Assembly (NCBI RefSeq): GCF_963921235.1
Contig: NC_086108.1
Location: 46,006,001-46,070,000, forward strand
Direction: 5' to 3'
Origin: Mobula hypostoma
Lineage: Eukaryota
DNA length: 64,000 nt
Numbering within the stretch: position 1 is the first letter of the stretch; each line of letters begins with the position of its first letter. Below are positions 11,447 to 23,805 of the stretch, one piece after another. Below the pieces are notes generated by a model, which was not told the origin of the DNA, ran no database searches, and saw only the letters and a list, made by a program, of their open reading frames with translations. The translations under genes were made by a program, and so were the position numbers.

Positions 11447-11587
11447 CCAAGGACTGTCCATTGTTATTGGAAGCTCTAGTACAGTCTCCTGAATGACTTT
11501 ACGAACTACATACCGTATCTTCTTCCGGTACTCAACACATTCCTTTAACGTAGGCCAGTTGAAACTTCCCCCCAGTCGACAATTCTC
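11447..11587 (-). CDS. ovoA: ovoA exon 5
   Basis: atcatcag|GAGAAT...CCTTGG|gtaagg, 141 nt, phase 0 to 0. Encodes ENCRLGGSFNWPTLKECVEYRKKIRYVVRKVIQETVLELPITMDSPW and joins WAIFMGFEHERIH of exon 6. Confidence 0.93.
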
Positions 11588-11969
11588 CTGATGATATTGA
11601 AACAGCTTTTGACAAACTTCAAAGTTATGAAGCATTTGAAAAGGCAATTTGTGCACTTATACTACCGGGCCTCAAAGGAAGGCATATCATCTGAGAGCTG
11701 AAACAACTGGATGGCCAGCCTTTGACCTGAGTGAGTTGAGATCACCAGGAGAGTGGAGACAACATTGGCAGAGATCTAAAACCAGCCATCGATGCACCCT
11801 TTCAGTGTAATTTGGAAATCTTAAGCAGAAAGTGGATGATAGGCAAGGATAGGGTCAGATTTGACTTGATGAACTGCTGTCAATAGAATAGGTGGCCAAG
11901 ACTGCCTGGATGCACATGGAAAATGCTCATCGAGCTCACTGAAGGTAGAAATATATTTAAACTACATCC

Positions 11970-12500
11970 TAAACACAAGGGATTCTTCAGACACTGGGAA
12001 CCTTGAGCAATACACACACAATGCTGGAGGAACTAAGCAGGTCAGGCAACATCTACAGTACATAGGGGAAAAAAAGCAGTTGATGCTTCAGGCTGAGAAC
12101 CTTCATGAAGATTGGAAAGGAAGAGGGCAGAAGCCAGGACAGGAAGATGGGAGGACAGGAAGTAGTGCAAGCTGGCAGATGATTGGTGAGACCAGGCGAG
12201 AGGAAGGTAAATGAATTAAGATGCTGGGAGACGATGTGGAAGAGGTAAAGGGCTGATGAAGAAGGCATCTAATTGGAGAGGAAAGTGGACCAAAGAAGAA
12301 AGAGAAGGAGGAGAAGAACCAAAAGGTGGCAATGGGCAGGCGAGGAGAAGAGAAAGGGTGAGAGGGTAACCAGAATGGGGAATGGAAAAAGAAGAAAGGG
12401 AAGGAGGAGGAGAATCAGAAGGTGGTAATGGGCAGGTGAGGAGAAGAGAAGGGGTGAGAGGATAACCAGAATGGGGAATGGAAGAAGAAGAAAGGGATTA
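11970..12500 (-). mobile_element. Penelope-type pseudo-LTR with an internal ~95-bp tandem duplication
   Basis: acacacaatgctggaggaactaagcaggtcaggcaacatct motif shared with the other pLTRs. Purine-rich 12310-12401 is repeated at ~12406-12497. Degenerate hammerhead motif at ~12076-12115. Confidence 0.7.
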
Positions 12501-12879
12501 CTGTGATTATTTGAGAGTCCCAAAGTATATCTTCAGGTCAAAATGTTTGGTTTTAAATATTGTCATATCTGAACATTTAACTTTAGAAAAGAAGGAAATT
12601 GTTGCTTTAATTATGCACAACTACATTCAGCAGAAGAGATCAGTTTTGCTATCCCTTGGGGAAGCTGCTCACTGATTGATGGTTTGAAGACTAGAAGATA
12701 ATGACCTGTAGAAGGATGGACTCTGTATTTTATGCCCTACCATTTGGCATAGTCATGACTGGTCAGCCCCAGGCCTCAGCTACCCTTCAATGCTTGATTG
12801 CCATAGCTTTCACTACATCAATTTTTCAAAATATTAGCCATCCCATCTATAAATGCTTCCAGTGCTCCTTCCTCCATGA

Positions 12880-13400
12880 TGTGCTGGTGTAGAGAATTCC
12901 AGAGACTCATCACCCTCTGTGAGAAGAAACTCCTGTGGACCTCAGTTTTAAATAATCACTCCTTATAATGCAATGACGTTTCCTCATCTGAGACTCTACC
13001 ACTAGTGAAACCATCTCAACAACAACAGTACATTGTCACCACCACCTCCTGCCCCACCCTTTGTATCAATTAGATTATCCTATAGTTTCCTAAACCCCAA
13101 AGAATCCAATATAAATGGTTTATAGATCAAACCATATTTCAGAAATTAGCCCAGGAAATCTAATGTTACTTTTCTTTTACAGTTCTTTATTCACTCCAGA
13201 ATTACTATTCTCTACTAGTTCTGGGAATTTTTATGTCTTCTACATTTGTTTAATTTCCCAGTGAATTCTTCATTCACTGATATAATTTTTTCCTTTTTCA
13301 ACCCGTAAGTGATTCACATTAGTTCTTGCTAATCATTTCCTTTCTCCACAAACATTTGAGTCTGTTTTAAAGCTTCTCACTCATCTACTCATATTATTCT
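12880..13400 (-). mobile_element. Highly degenerate CR1 fragments
   Basis: agagaattccagagactcatcaccctctgtgagaagaa is the reverse complement of the CR1 FFTQRVVNLWNSL segment; the rest is weakly similar. Confidence 0.5.
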
Positions 13401-13585
13401 TCCCATTTCCTTACCAATGCCATGGCATTCCCTTTGCTGAATTCTGAAAAATTTCCAATCCTCATGCTACTGCTCCTTTGAGTATCCACACTGGAACCCA
13501 GTCAATAAACTGTAAATAAATACAACTTGACATTTGAAACTTCTGCACCCCAATCCCTGCCCGCTATTGAAAATATTTTACACAC

Positions 13586-13654
13586 CGTGTCATCCCAGGA
13601 CATCTCATCCACTCCCGCCTCAAAGAGAGTTTCAAAGCTGGGTTCTACTTGCTC
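13586..13654 (-). CDS. ovoA: ovoA exon 4
   Basis: tttgttttgtcgtccacag|GAGCAA...GACACG|gtgtgt, 69 nt, phase 0 to 0. Encodes EQVEPSFETLFEAGVDEMSWDDT (OvoA GVDEMSWDD motif). Confidence 0.95.
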
Positions 13655-13879
13655 CTGTGGACGACAAAACAAACAGCAAATTGTATAACCACGATGTACA
13701 TCTTCTCATGTTTAAGCATCGAAAAGTACAGCACAGGATGAAACCTTTGACCCATGTTGTTCCGATGCAAGCAATTGCTTGTTCAAATGAAGCAATGAGA
13801 GATTTAAAAAGAGCTCAGGGCCCTTTGGGACTTTTTGATGGGCTTCAGTCATAGTGATCTATTAGGCATTTGGTAAACG

Positions 13880-15420
13880 TCAATAAGAAGTTGGGTTTAA
13901 GCGGAATGGCCATTGTGGGAGTGATCATAGTTGGAGTTGATCAGTGTTAGAGTGTTTAGTTTTAGGCTTCGGCTCAAGAGGCTTGGGCGAGAAGAGGCAA
14001 AGGCCAAGCTAAGTTTACATCTTTCTTTGCACATTACTACATACCTAGTGCCGTGGCAATGGATCCAGGGTCAGTGGTATGTACTTTATGTGAGATGTGG
14101 GAACTCTGGGAAACCTCCAATCTGCCTGATAACTACATCTGCACGAGGGGTATCCAGCTGTAGCTCCTTACAAACCATGTCAAGGAACAGGAGCTGCAGC
14201 TGGCCAACGTTTGGCTTTCACTGGAGAATGAAGAGATGATAGATAGGAGCAATAGGGTGGTAGCAACCTCTAAGTTGCAGGAGGCAGATAGCAAGGTTAC
14301 TGTCAGGAGAGGGAAAGGGAATAGGCAGTTCTGGATTGGATGTTATGTAATGATCCAGATTTGATTAGGGAGCTTTAGGCAAAGGAACCCTTAGAGCAGT
14401 GATTACAACCTTGAGAGGGAGAAGCTAAACTCAGATGTATGAGCTTACAGTGGAGTAAAAGTGATTACAGAGGCACACGAGAGGAGGTGGCCGAAGTCGA
14501 TTGGAAGGGAACACTAAGGATGGTTACAGAACAGCAATGGTTAGAGTTTCTGGGAGCAGCTGGAATGGTTCAGCAGGACTGGAAAATTACATATGCCACT
14601 CCCCTCTTTAAGAAGCGAGGGAGGCAAAAGACAGGAAATTATAGGCTGGTTAGCCTGACTTCAGTTGTTGGGAAGATGTTGGAGTGCTGTATTAAATATG
14701 AGGATTCAGGGTACTTGGAGCGCATGATAAAAATAGGCTGAAGTCTGCATGGTTTCCTTAAGGGAAAATCTTGTCTGAAAAATCTGTTGAAATTCTTTGT
14801 GGAAATAACAGGCAGGATAAATAAAAGAGAGTCTGTGGATGTTATTTACTTGGATTTTCAGAAGTACTTTGGCAAGGCCACACACGAGGTTGCTAAACAA
14901 GATAAGAGTCCATGGTATCACAAAAGAGATACCGGCATGGATAGAAGATTGGCTGCCTAGCAGGAGGCAAAGAGTGGGAATAAAGGGGGCCTTCTCTGTT
15001 TGGCTGCTGGTGACTAGTGTTGTTCCGCACAGGGCAGGACAGAAAGTGTAAGTATCTGTGTATACTGCATGTATGTAATTATATAGATTATACACTTTCA
15101 TGTCATCTGGTTTATATACATAATTTGAACCACTTCTTTTCATGTTATTTGTCAATGATTTGGATGGTAGAATTGATGGACTTTGTCATCAGGTTTGTAG
15201 ATGATACAAAGATAGGTGGAGGGGCAGGTAGTGTTGAGGAAGCAGGAAGTCTGCAGAAGGACTTGGATAGATTAGGAGAATGGGCAAAGTGGCAAATGGA
15301 ATAGATTGGAAGGAAGGGTGTGGTCCTGCCGTTTGGTAGAAGGAAAAAAGGCATAGACTATTTTCTAAATGGGGGAAAAATTCAGAAATCAGAAGAGCAA
15401 GGGGACTTGGAAGTTCTAGT
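13880..15420 (+). mobile_element. Internally deleted, degenerate CR1 (5' UTR, ORF1 N-terminus, scattered ORF2 pieces)
   Basis: 5' part resembles 25230-25600 (tgtgagatgtgg..tacatctgcacgagg..gagctgcagctgg). ORFs 14439..14741, 14839..15051 and 15017..15304 contain TPLFKK..NYRLVSLTSVVGK and FVDDTKIGG. Confidence 0.8.
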
Positions 15421-16729
15421 TCTTTATATTCTGAGAATGAAAGTCAAATTTGGAAGGTGTTTTATCCAGATGCACTCTAGTATAACCATGCTCACACACT
15501 TCAATCAGCACAAAGATGGACCATCAGGAAAAGAAAGTATTGCCACATGGATGGACTAGGCTTTATAATTGGACAGGCTGATAGGCAGTAGGTGGCACAG
15601 GTAAGTAATTTTGTTGGTGCCTGGCTGAAACCAAAAGTAGACAACTGGAACTGTCAGCCCCCTCACCACCAGCCTTTCAGTTAAAGACTTGATCAGGCAG
15701 AGGTCTTGACCCTATTAATTTGCAACCTGATCTTTTATTGTTGATGCTCTAGAATGAGAAGGCAACCTTTGTTCCACATTTTATTTTTGGTGTGAACTTT
15801 GGCTCTGTTGACTGCATATTTTACTCTGAATGTAAATCAGAGTCCAGTGTCCCATTTCAGAGGCCTGAAACCAAAATCAATACTGAAGCTCAAGTTGAAA
15901 GCATGGTCGTGCAGACAAAATGCCAAAACATTTCAATGGATGTAAAACAAAATCCCTTTGAGATTTATTCAAAAAAGTAGGACTGTTCTCCTTGGTTGAC
16001 AAACTAATTTTATACCTCAGGTGACAATTCACAGATTATTCTGTCATTATTACATTTTTTTTTCTGAGGTTCACAGTGGCTGTGCTTCAGAAAAGTACTG
16101 AGTTGCCTGTTAGGAGTCCTGGGCATCCGGGAATTGCGGAAATGCAACACTTTTCATTTTTATGTAATGCCATTTTCAAACTAAAACCAACTACAGGTGA
16201 ATGACACATCAAATCAAAATTAAAGCTCACTCAAATTGTCCCCTGGAATTGTCCCTGGAAGCAGTTAATATGAACCATGAACATTTGACTATCGTCTTCT
16301 TTCCAAATGGTTCTCTGCTAATGGCAGGATCAGATTTTACAGTGATGTTTCTTCTATATTGCATTCATAGAGCTGGATCATTTAGGGGAAAAATTACCAC
16401 TGGGACGATGGGAGAGTCAGCACAATCAGACCTTGACTGCAGGCATTGCCTTGAGAAAACAAGAGGGAGAATATTCAAAAGAAATGTCAAGTTCTCTCAC
16501 TGACAGCACCATGCAACATTATTAATATTTCAGGACTTTGATTATTCATGTCAACCTAGCAATCACATTAAGCACAAGGGATTGGACAAAATAAATAAAA
16601 GGATGCAATACTATTTCTTTCCTTGACCTGATTTTAAATGTGTTTGTCCAAGATTAATGCCATATAGAGCATTTATTCTAGTTTTCCAGGAGATGATCTG
16701 TAATAATCATGGATTTCTGTCACTTTTAC

Positions 16730-16842
16730 CTTAATGAGTCCAGAGAGCAGCAGTTTATTGATGTAAAACACGGAAGGATGGCAGAAGTAGAAGATGAGAG
16801 GTAGCCGTAGTTGGTCTGGGCACAGGCTGAAGCTGGACTCAC
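16730..16842 (-). CDS. ovoA: ovoA exon 3 (contains the first iron-ligand His, H68)
   Basis: ttttgttctgtttattcttccag|GTGAGTCC...ATTAAG|gtaaaa, 113 nt, phase 1 to 0. Encodes (G)ESSFSLCPDQLRLPLIFYFCHPSVFYINKLLLSGLIK (OvoA LRxPLIFYxxH..xxNKL motif). Confidence 0.94.
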
Positions 16843-18579
16843 CTGGAAGAATAAACAGAACAAAATATTAATAATTCACTGCATATCCTACATCTACACT
16901 GGAAAAAAACAGATGTTTCAAGTATTTTTTGAAATACATTTGCTCTTCCAAGAAAATAAAAGGGATCACTTTTAACCAACAATAGGTGGGGTTGGCTCAG
17001 GCGGTTAACACAGAAGAAGGACATCATAGTAAGTTTAAAAATGGTGAACAAAAGTGAAGAGAAACAATTCAAACTGCAGATTAAAACTGAGTACAGAATT
17101 AAATCATTGAATGACAGAAAAATAACCGGAGACCGGGTCTCTATTGTGAAACGGGATTATCCACTGCATTCTTTTTGGACCACAACCAGTAAAACCTCTA
17201 ATCTCACCCAAATCATCCGAGAATTGGCTTATTGTCATCTAGTGCTGTTGGCTCTTAGAGGGGAAGCCAAGGTTATGCACCTTGCCTCTCGGGTGTGTCT
17301 CAGCAAACTATTTCTAACACAGTACCAAGAATGGAATCAAAGATGCAACCAAAATAGTTTCAGACCCATGTTTGAGAGGCAGTTTAACTACACCTATAAC
17401 CTTGTGGTTGAATGGGTCGGTCTGGGTCTAATCTCGTTGGATCTGGCTTGTTGACTATGGTCCCCACCCACTTGCCCTTACCTGGGGGGGGGGCGGGGTG
17501 GAGCCTCTACACTTGTGAAGGGTGTCGAGACCTCAATGATGACAAGCCACAGTGGGCATGCCTTGGAAGTCCTGCTCCTGCAATCTTTAACAAAGTAGAG
17601 GGGGAGAGGGGGAGAGGGTGAGGGTCGGTGGGGGGGGGGGGAGTGTAGACTTGTATACTGTAAGTAAGACTACTTTGTAGTGTTTAAATATCTTTGACAT
17701 TCACAGGCATTTAAAAATATAAAATTAATGCAACTGGTTAAGAAAAATATCAAAATGAAGTTAACTAAATCACATTAAAACATTTGCAAACCAGTAAAAA
17801 TATTGAACCTGAGTAAACTAATTCCTTTTCTGTGGACTAAGAATTCCAATTAAAATGATCTTTCCTCAGGTCTCACTGGCACAACGCTGGGGAATCCCAA
17901 TCAGATTGGACTCTGTTTTTGAGTGGAGTTGCCATGTAGGGTTCAGCAATAGTACAGAGTGAGAGCCGGGAGCATTTGTTACTCAGTCAGTCGTGGATAT
18001 GAGTAGGAAATAATTCAATGCTTGCTGCTCCCAACATGCATTGAACAGATACAAGCTCAAGCTTAGCCTTTCCTTCCACTGTTCTTTCCAGTGGGAAAAG
18101 GCAGGCTGCTCTGAGATTAGTGACTCTGCCACTTCACAATTGCATTGCGTGCTAGAATTTAAACAATCAGACCCAAAAGCGACAATGACAAGTCACTGTT
18201 AAATGTAGATAGAGCGACGAAGAAACAGTGCTGTGAAACTGGAACCATCCGCTCATGTTATGCACAATTCCCAAATAAATTAGCTTTCTGCAAGTCAAAT
18301 CACGCAACCATTCATTTCCCTTCAGTTCAGCACCTTTCAGGAGCCTGGCCTGGTCATGTCTGTTCATGATGCCCCTGAGTTCGCCCACTGACAACATCTC
18401 ATGCATGTGTTATTGTGCATTAAGGTGCAACTCACAACCTTTGTTTATTTAAGCACAAAAAATACAAAGACTAGACCTTGCAGCAGAGAGGTTCTTGGGA
18501 TGGCTTTGTACTTGCTTGGTCTAGTTGCTGAAGCATGATTATGTTCCTTCAAAGAATGTAGCATTGCACATCCCTCAGA

Positions 18580-19285
18580 CTTACACAGTGGATGGGAGGG
18601 CTGTGAGGTGTGCAATAAGATAAAGGGACCTGGGAATACAGATCCACAATTCCTTAAAAGTGGTATCGCAGGTAGATAGGTTTATAAAGGGAGCTTCTAC
18701 CGCACTGGGTTTCATTGGAAAGTTCTGTTGAAGTTGTATAGGATACTGATGAGGCTGCGTTTGGGGATTGTGTGCAGTTCTCATCATCTACCTCCTAGAA
18801 AGCTATTAATAAGATTAAAAGATGCAGAGAAAAATTACAAGGATGCTCCTGGAGGCAAGTTTGAATAGGTTAGGACTTTATTCTTTGGATCACAGAAAAA
18901 TGAGGGGCGATCTTTTGGAGGGATATAAAGTTATGAGAGGAGCAGTTTAGATAGGGTGAATGCACACAGGCTGCTTGTTCTCAGGTCGGCTGAAACTAGA
19001 ACGAGAGGTTATTGGCCAGGTGAAAGGTGAAATATTTAAGGGCAACCTGAGGGGAAGCTTCTTCACTTAGAGGGTGGTGCGAGTGTTGAATGGGCTGCCA
19101 CCAGAAGTGGAGGATGTGGGTTCAATTGCAGCATTTAAGAGAACTTTGGATGAGTACATGGATGAGAAGGCTTGGAAGGATTATGGTCTGGGTGCACTTA
19201 TATGGGACTAGGCAGAAGACCAGAACAGCATGGATGGGATGCGCCAAAGGGCCTTCTTCTGTGCTGTGGTGCGCTATGACTCTGT
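18580..19285 (+). mobile_element. Degenerate CR1 3' fragment
   Basis: agggacctgggaatacagatcc...cttcacttagagggtggtgcgagtg...gggactag matches the CR1 ORF2 end and 3' UTR. Confidence 0.8.
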
Positions 19286-19737
19286 GACTCAGTGCGAAAT
19301 GCTGCAACATCAGCCATACCTGACAGTGGTGTGGGACCAAACAGCGTACAGGACTGCATTGGCAGTGGCTTCACCCAAGATAGCTGCTTCCTCCCTGACC
19401 TGTTTTCCCACATCTCCTTCTGCAGCTGCTCAGTGGCAAGGAGAGAGGTATTTTAAGTTCTTTTCAATGGTCTGTACAGCAATAATGGAGCAACTGAGCA
19501 TTCCGTCAGGGTGTGCAATATAGTTTTATCAATAAGAGTCAGCACAGAAGTAAGGCCCTTTGGTCCATAAGTGTCCATTCTGACCAAACAGAAGCTTCAT
19601 GGCTAATCCCAATTCCCAACACTTGACTCATGTACCTCAACACTCTTATCTCCCATATACTTTGTAGTGACTGACCGGAGAAGTTGTAGATATGAAAGTC
19701 TGTATTCATCACAACAAACAGACATTCTCATAAAGAC

Positions 19738-20445
19738 CCTCAGAATCAGGTTTAATATCACTGGTATATCATGAAATTTGTTGTTGTATGGCAGCCTGTA
19801 CATTGCGAAACATAATATTAAGAACAGCAAATTACAGTAAGTTTATATATATTTAAAAAGTTAAATTAAATAAGTAGCACAAAAAGAAAACGAAGTAGTG
19901 AGGTAGTATTCATGGGTCCAATGTCCGTTCAGAAATCCGATGGCGGAGAGGAAGAAGCTACTCCTGAATCATTGAGTCTGCTCCTTCAGGCTCCTGTACC
20001 TTCGGCCTGATGGTATCAATGTGAGGTGGGGATGTCCAGGATGACTGGGATCCTTAATAATGGATGCCACCTTTCTGAGGCATCACTGCTTGAAGGTGTC
20101 CTAGGGATGCGGGGAGAGGAGTGCCTATGGTGGAGCTGAATGATTTTACAACTTTCTGCAGCTTATTTTGATCCTGTGCCGTGCACCGCCCCCCCATACC
20201 CAACGGTGTTGTAGCCAGTTAGAATGATCTCCATGATACATCTGTAGAAATCTGTGAGTTTCTCTGGTGACATACCAAATCTCTTCAAACTGCTAATGAA
20301 ATATAACCACTGTAGTGCCTTCTTTGTGAATAAGGAGAGATCCTCACAGGTGTTGACACCCAGGAACATGAAATTGCTCACACTTTCCACTTTTGACTGC
20401 TCAGTGAGGATTGGTGTGTTCCCTCTTCTTACCCTTTCTGAAGTC
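19738..20445 (-). mobile_element. 5'-truncated Rex1/Babar-like LINE
   Basis: ORF 20163..20450 (VESVSNFMFLGV..WLYFISSLKRFGMSP..FYRC). (TCTGAT)n tail at 19740-19750. Confidence 0.82.
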
Positions 20446-20714
20446 CACAACTCTCCTGGTAGTTCTTTAAACTCAAAAGCACATCACATTTTAATATTGT
20501 ACCCTTAAGATCAAAGGTAACAGCTGGTGATTTAATACAATCTCAATAGTTACAATGACATTGTTTACTTCTATACTTTGCATTGACAAATTGTTCCTCT
20601 GAGGTATATATTTACAGTGGAAGTACTTTGTAATTGATAAGACACATCTGAAGTTCAAAAGCCCTGGCTGGGAGAAATTAACTAACACAAATATTCTAAA
20701 AAAAACTTCTGACA

Positions 20715-22050
20715 ACAGAGAGCCAGATACCCACTGACTCTCACAGCTATCTGGACTATTCCTCTTCTCACCCTGTCTCTTGCAAAAATGCCATCCCCTT
20801 CTCGCAATTCCTCCGTCTCCGCCGCATCTGCTCTCATTTGAGGTTTTTCATTCTAGGACGAGGGAGATGTCCTCCTTTTTTAAAAGAAAGGGGCTTCCCT
20901 TCCTCCACCATCAACTCTGCTCTCAAACGCATCTCCCCCATTTCACGCACATCTGCTCTCACTCCAGCCTCCCGTCACCCCACTAGGAATAAGGTTCCCC
21001 TTGTCCTCACCTATCACCCCACCAGCCTCCGGGTCCAACATATTATTCTCCGTAACTTCCGCCACTTCCAACGGGATCCCACCACTAAGCATATCTTTCC
21101 CTCCCCCCCCGCCCCGCTTTCCACAGGGATCGCTCCTTACGCATCTCCCTTGTCCATTCGTCCCCCCCCATCCCTCCCCACTGATCTCCCTCCTGGCAAT
21201 TATCCTTGTAAGCAGAACAAGTGCTACACATGCCCTTACACTTCCTCCCTTACCACCATTCAGGGCCCCAGACAGTCCTTCCAGGTGAGGCGACACTTCA
21301 CCTGTGAGTTGGCTGGGGTGATATACTGCATCTGGTGCTCCCGATGTGGCCTTCTATATATTGGCAAGACCCGACGCAGACTGGGAGATCGTTTTGCTGA
21401 ACACCTACGCTCTGTCTGTCAGAGAAAGCAGGATCTCCCAGTGGCCACACATTTTAATTCCACATCCCATTCCCGTTCTGACATGTCTATCCACGGCCTC
21501 CTCTACTGTAAAGATGAAGCCACACTCAGGTTGGACGAACAACACCTTATATTCCGTCTGGGTAGCCTCCAACCTGATGGCATGAACATTGACTTCTCTA
21601 ACTTCCGCTAATGCCCCATCTCCCCCTCGTACCCCATCCGTTATTTATTTATATACACACATTCTTTCTCTCTCTCTCCTTTTTCTCCCTCTGTCCCGCT
21701 GACTATACCTCTTAGCCCTTGCCCATCCTCTGGGTTTTCACCCCTCCCCCTTTTCCTTCTCCCTGGGCCTCCTGTCCCATGATCCTCTCATATCCCTTTT
21801 GCCAATCACCTGTCCAGCTCTTGGCTCCATCCCTCCCCCTCCTATCTTCTCCTATCATTTTGGATCTCCCCTCCCCCTCCCACTTTCAAATCTCTTACTA
21901 GCTCTTCCTTCAGTTAGTCCTGACGAAGGGTCTCGGCCCGAAACATCGGATGTACCGCTTCCTGGAGATGCTGCCTGGCCTGCTGCGTTCACCAGCAACT
22001 TTGATGTGTGTTGCTTGAATTTCCAGCATCTGCAGAATTCCTTGTGTTTA
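20715..22050 (+). mobile_element. Penelope-like element 3' portion: RT thumb/linker, GIY-YIG endonuclease and pseudo-LTR
   Basis: ORF 20838..21611 has PLVLTYHP, C..C..C and GVIYCIWCSRCGLLYIGKTRRRLGDRFAEH (GIY-YIG). Followed by a pLTR with a hammerhead motif. Confidence 0.9.
21916..21951 (+). ncRNA. Minimal type I hammerhead ribozyme motif in a Penelope pLTR
   Basis: AGTC-CTGACGA-A-GGGT(CTCG)GCCC-GAAAC-ATC-GGAT: CUGANGA core, 4-bp stem II, GAAA, minimal stem III. Other copies in the window give ...GAAACGTCGACT, which closes stem I with AGTC. Confidence 0.65.
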
Positions 22051-22689
22051 CCCAACATTAATGTTGTCAAGGCTGTTACTGAATAAACAAATGTTCTAAG
22101 TACAGAAAAATATTGATTGCCTATACCCGTGACCATGTTTGATATGCTAATTGACAACATCAGTCTGGTCTGCCAACTGGAACTCAAGTCAGGATGCAGA
22201 TAACTTAGTTGTTAGATGTTGCCTGGTTTGATGCAGGGCAATTAACACAACCCCATTGTCTTAATGTTTGGCTGATGTATATACAAACATCTCATGGTCA
22301 CCATTTTGCAAACCATCTCTCTTATGGACAGGATTGTTTATTTGCAAAGCTGTGCTTTTAACCTCAATTTACTGCTTGCAATTTACAATTCACATTAAGA
22401 ACTGAATATTAGTTCTTGCTGGATTTTAATATCTGCTACATTCACATAAATACAGGATATTCCCTAACAAACCTGACCACATACTTTTTAAATGTATGTC
22501 AGCAGGTATACATTTGCTTCAACCACTTCTTCTAGCAGCTGGTTCATCACTGTGTAAAAAATCTATCCCTCAGGATCATATTAAACCTTTCACCCCTGCC
22601 CTTAAAACTAACACTCACAACATGCTGGAGGAACGCAGCAGGTCAGGCAGCATCTGTGGAAACGATCAGTCAATGAAAAACTACCTTTA

Positions 22690-23340
22690 AAACTACGTTT
22701 TCGAGTTTTTGACTCACTAACCCTGGAAATAGGTTCACCACCCCTATCTATGCCCCTAATAATTTAATACACCTCAATGAGATCATCCCTCAGTCTCTTG
22801 TTCATCAAGGAGTAAGGGCCAGCCTGTGTAACTTCAGTTCCTTGACTCCTGGCAACATTCTTGTAAGTCTTAGCTTTGACTCTTTCCAGTCTAATCACTT
22901 CCTTCCTATAACAGTGTAACCAAAACTGAACACAGTACTCTGTGTGGTCTCACCAACGCCTTGCACAATCATAACAATCTCCCAAATCTACATTCAGAGC
23001 CCTGACTGATGAAGGCAAGCACGCTAAAGGCCTTCTTCACTGCTTTGTTGACTTGTGACTCCACTTGGAGGGAACAATGTACCAAGCTTGGTTCAAGGCT
23101 CCTCTGTTCTATGTACAACAATAAGCAGTGCTCTTCTGTTCAATGTCCAACCTTGATTTGACCTTCTGAAATATAATACTTCACGTTTATATGAAAAGTG
23201 CCATTCTTCAGCCAATATACCCAACCAATCAAGATGCCAGCGCAATTCCTGATACTCCTTATGACCGTCTATGACACCACCTATTTTAGTATCTATCATC
23301 TGAAAACTATTCCTTGTATATTCTCCTACATCCAAGAGTC
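22690..23340 (-). mobile_element. Degenerate CR1 fragment
   Basis: ORF 23093..23347 (DTKIGGVID..LAEEW..EVLYFRRSNQG); ccaaaactgaacacagtactc is the reverse complement of EYCVQFW. Confidence 0.7.
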
Positions 23341-23805
23341 CCTGCATAGATCTTCATATAGCACCTCCAGGAGAATGTTATTGAAGTGAGGTGGATTCCT
23401 TGAATGTCTAGATACTCTCTTCATTGTCTCCTCAACTCTAGGATGCATCAAATTACACGATGAGAATGTATCTGTAGGTTCTGGAGTTGAAGTCAACTGG
23501 TGATCAACTGTGTTTGCTCAACCTAGTGCAAATGGTCAGACAAGCTGGAATTGAGTTAGATGGGTTGAGGACCTACTGACATTTCCTGGATTTCCATCTA
23601 CCACTGTCCTTCAGCTCCCAAAAAGTCAGTACTTGAGATTCAGTCTATGCAGCCTACCTCCCGAAATATAGATTCAGTCTACATTCTTATTTATGTTTCT
23701 CAAGGTCCACCAACCTGCATCATATAGACCTATATCTTTGTCGAATGTGGATCCTGAAATTTCCCTTGGGATTAATAAAGTATATCTATCTATCTATCTA
23801 TCTAT

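Noticed and set aside
18160..18460. Repeat-free stretch with a 79-aa minus-strand ORF, possibly an extra exon or conserved element
   Set aside because: ovoA exons 2 and 3 join in phase without it, no motif is recognisable, and conservation cannot be judged without alignments.
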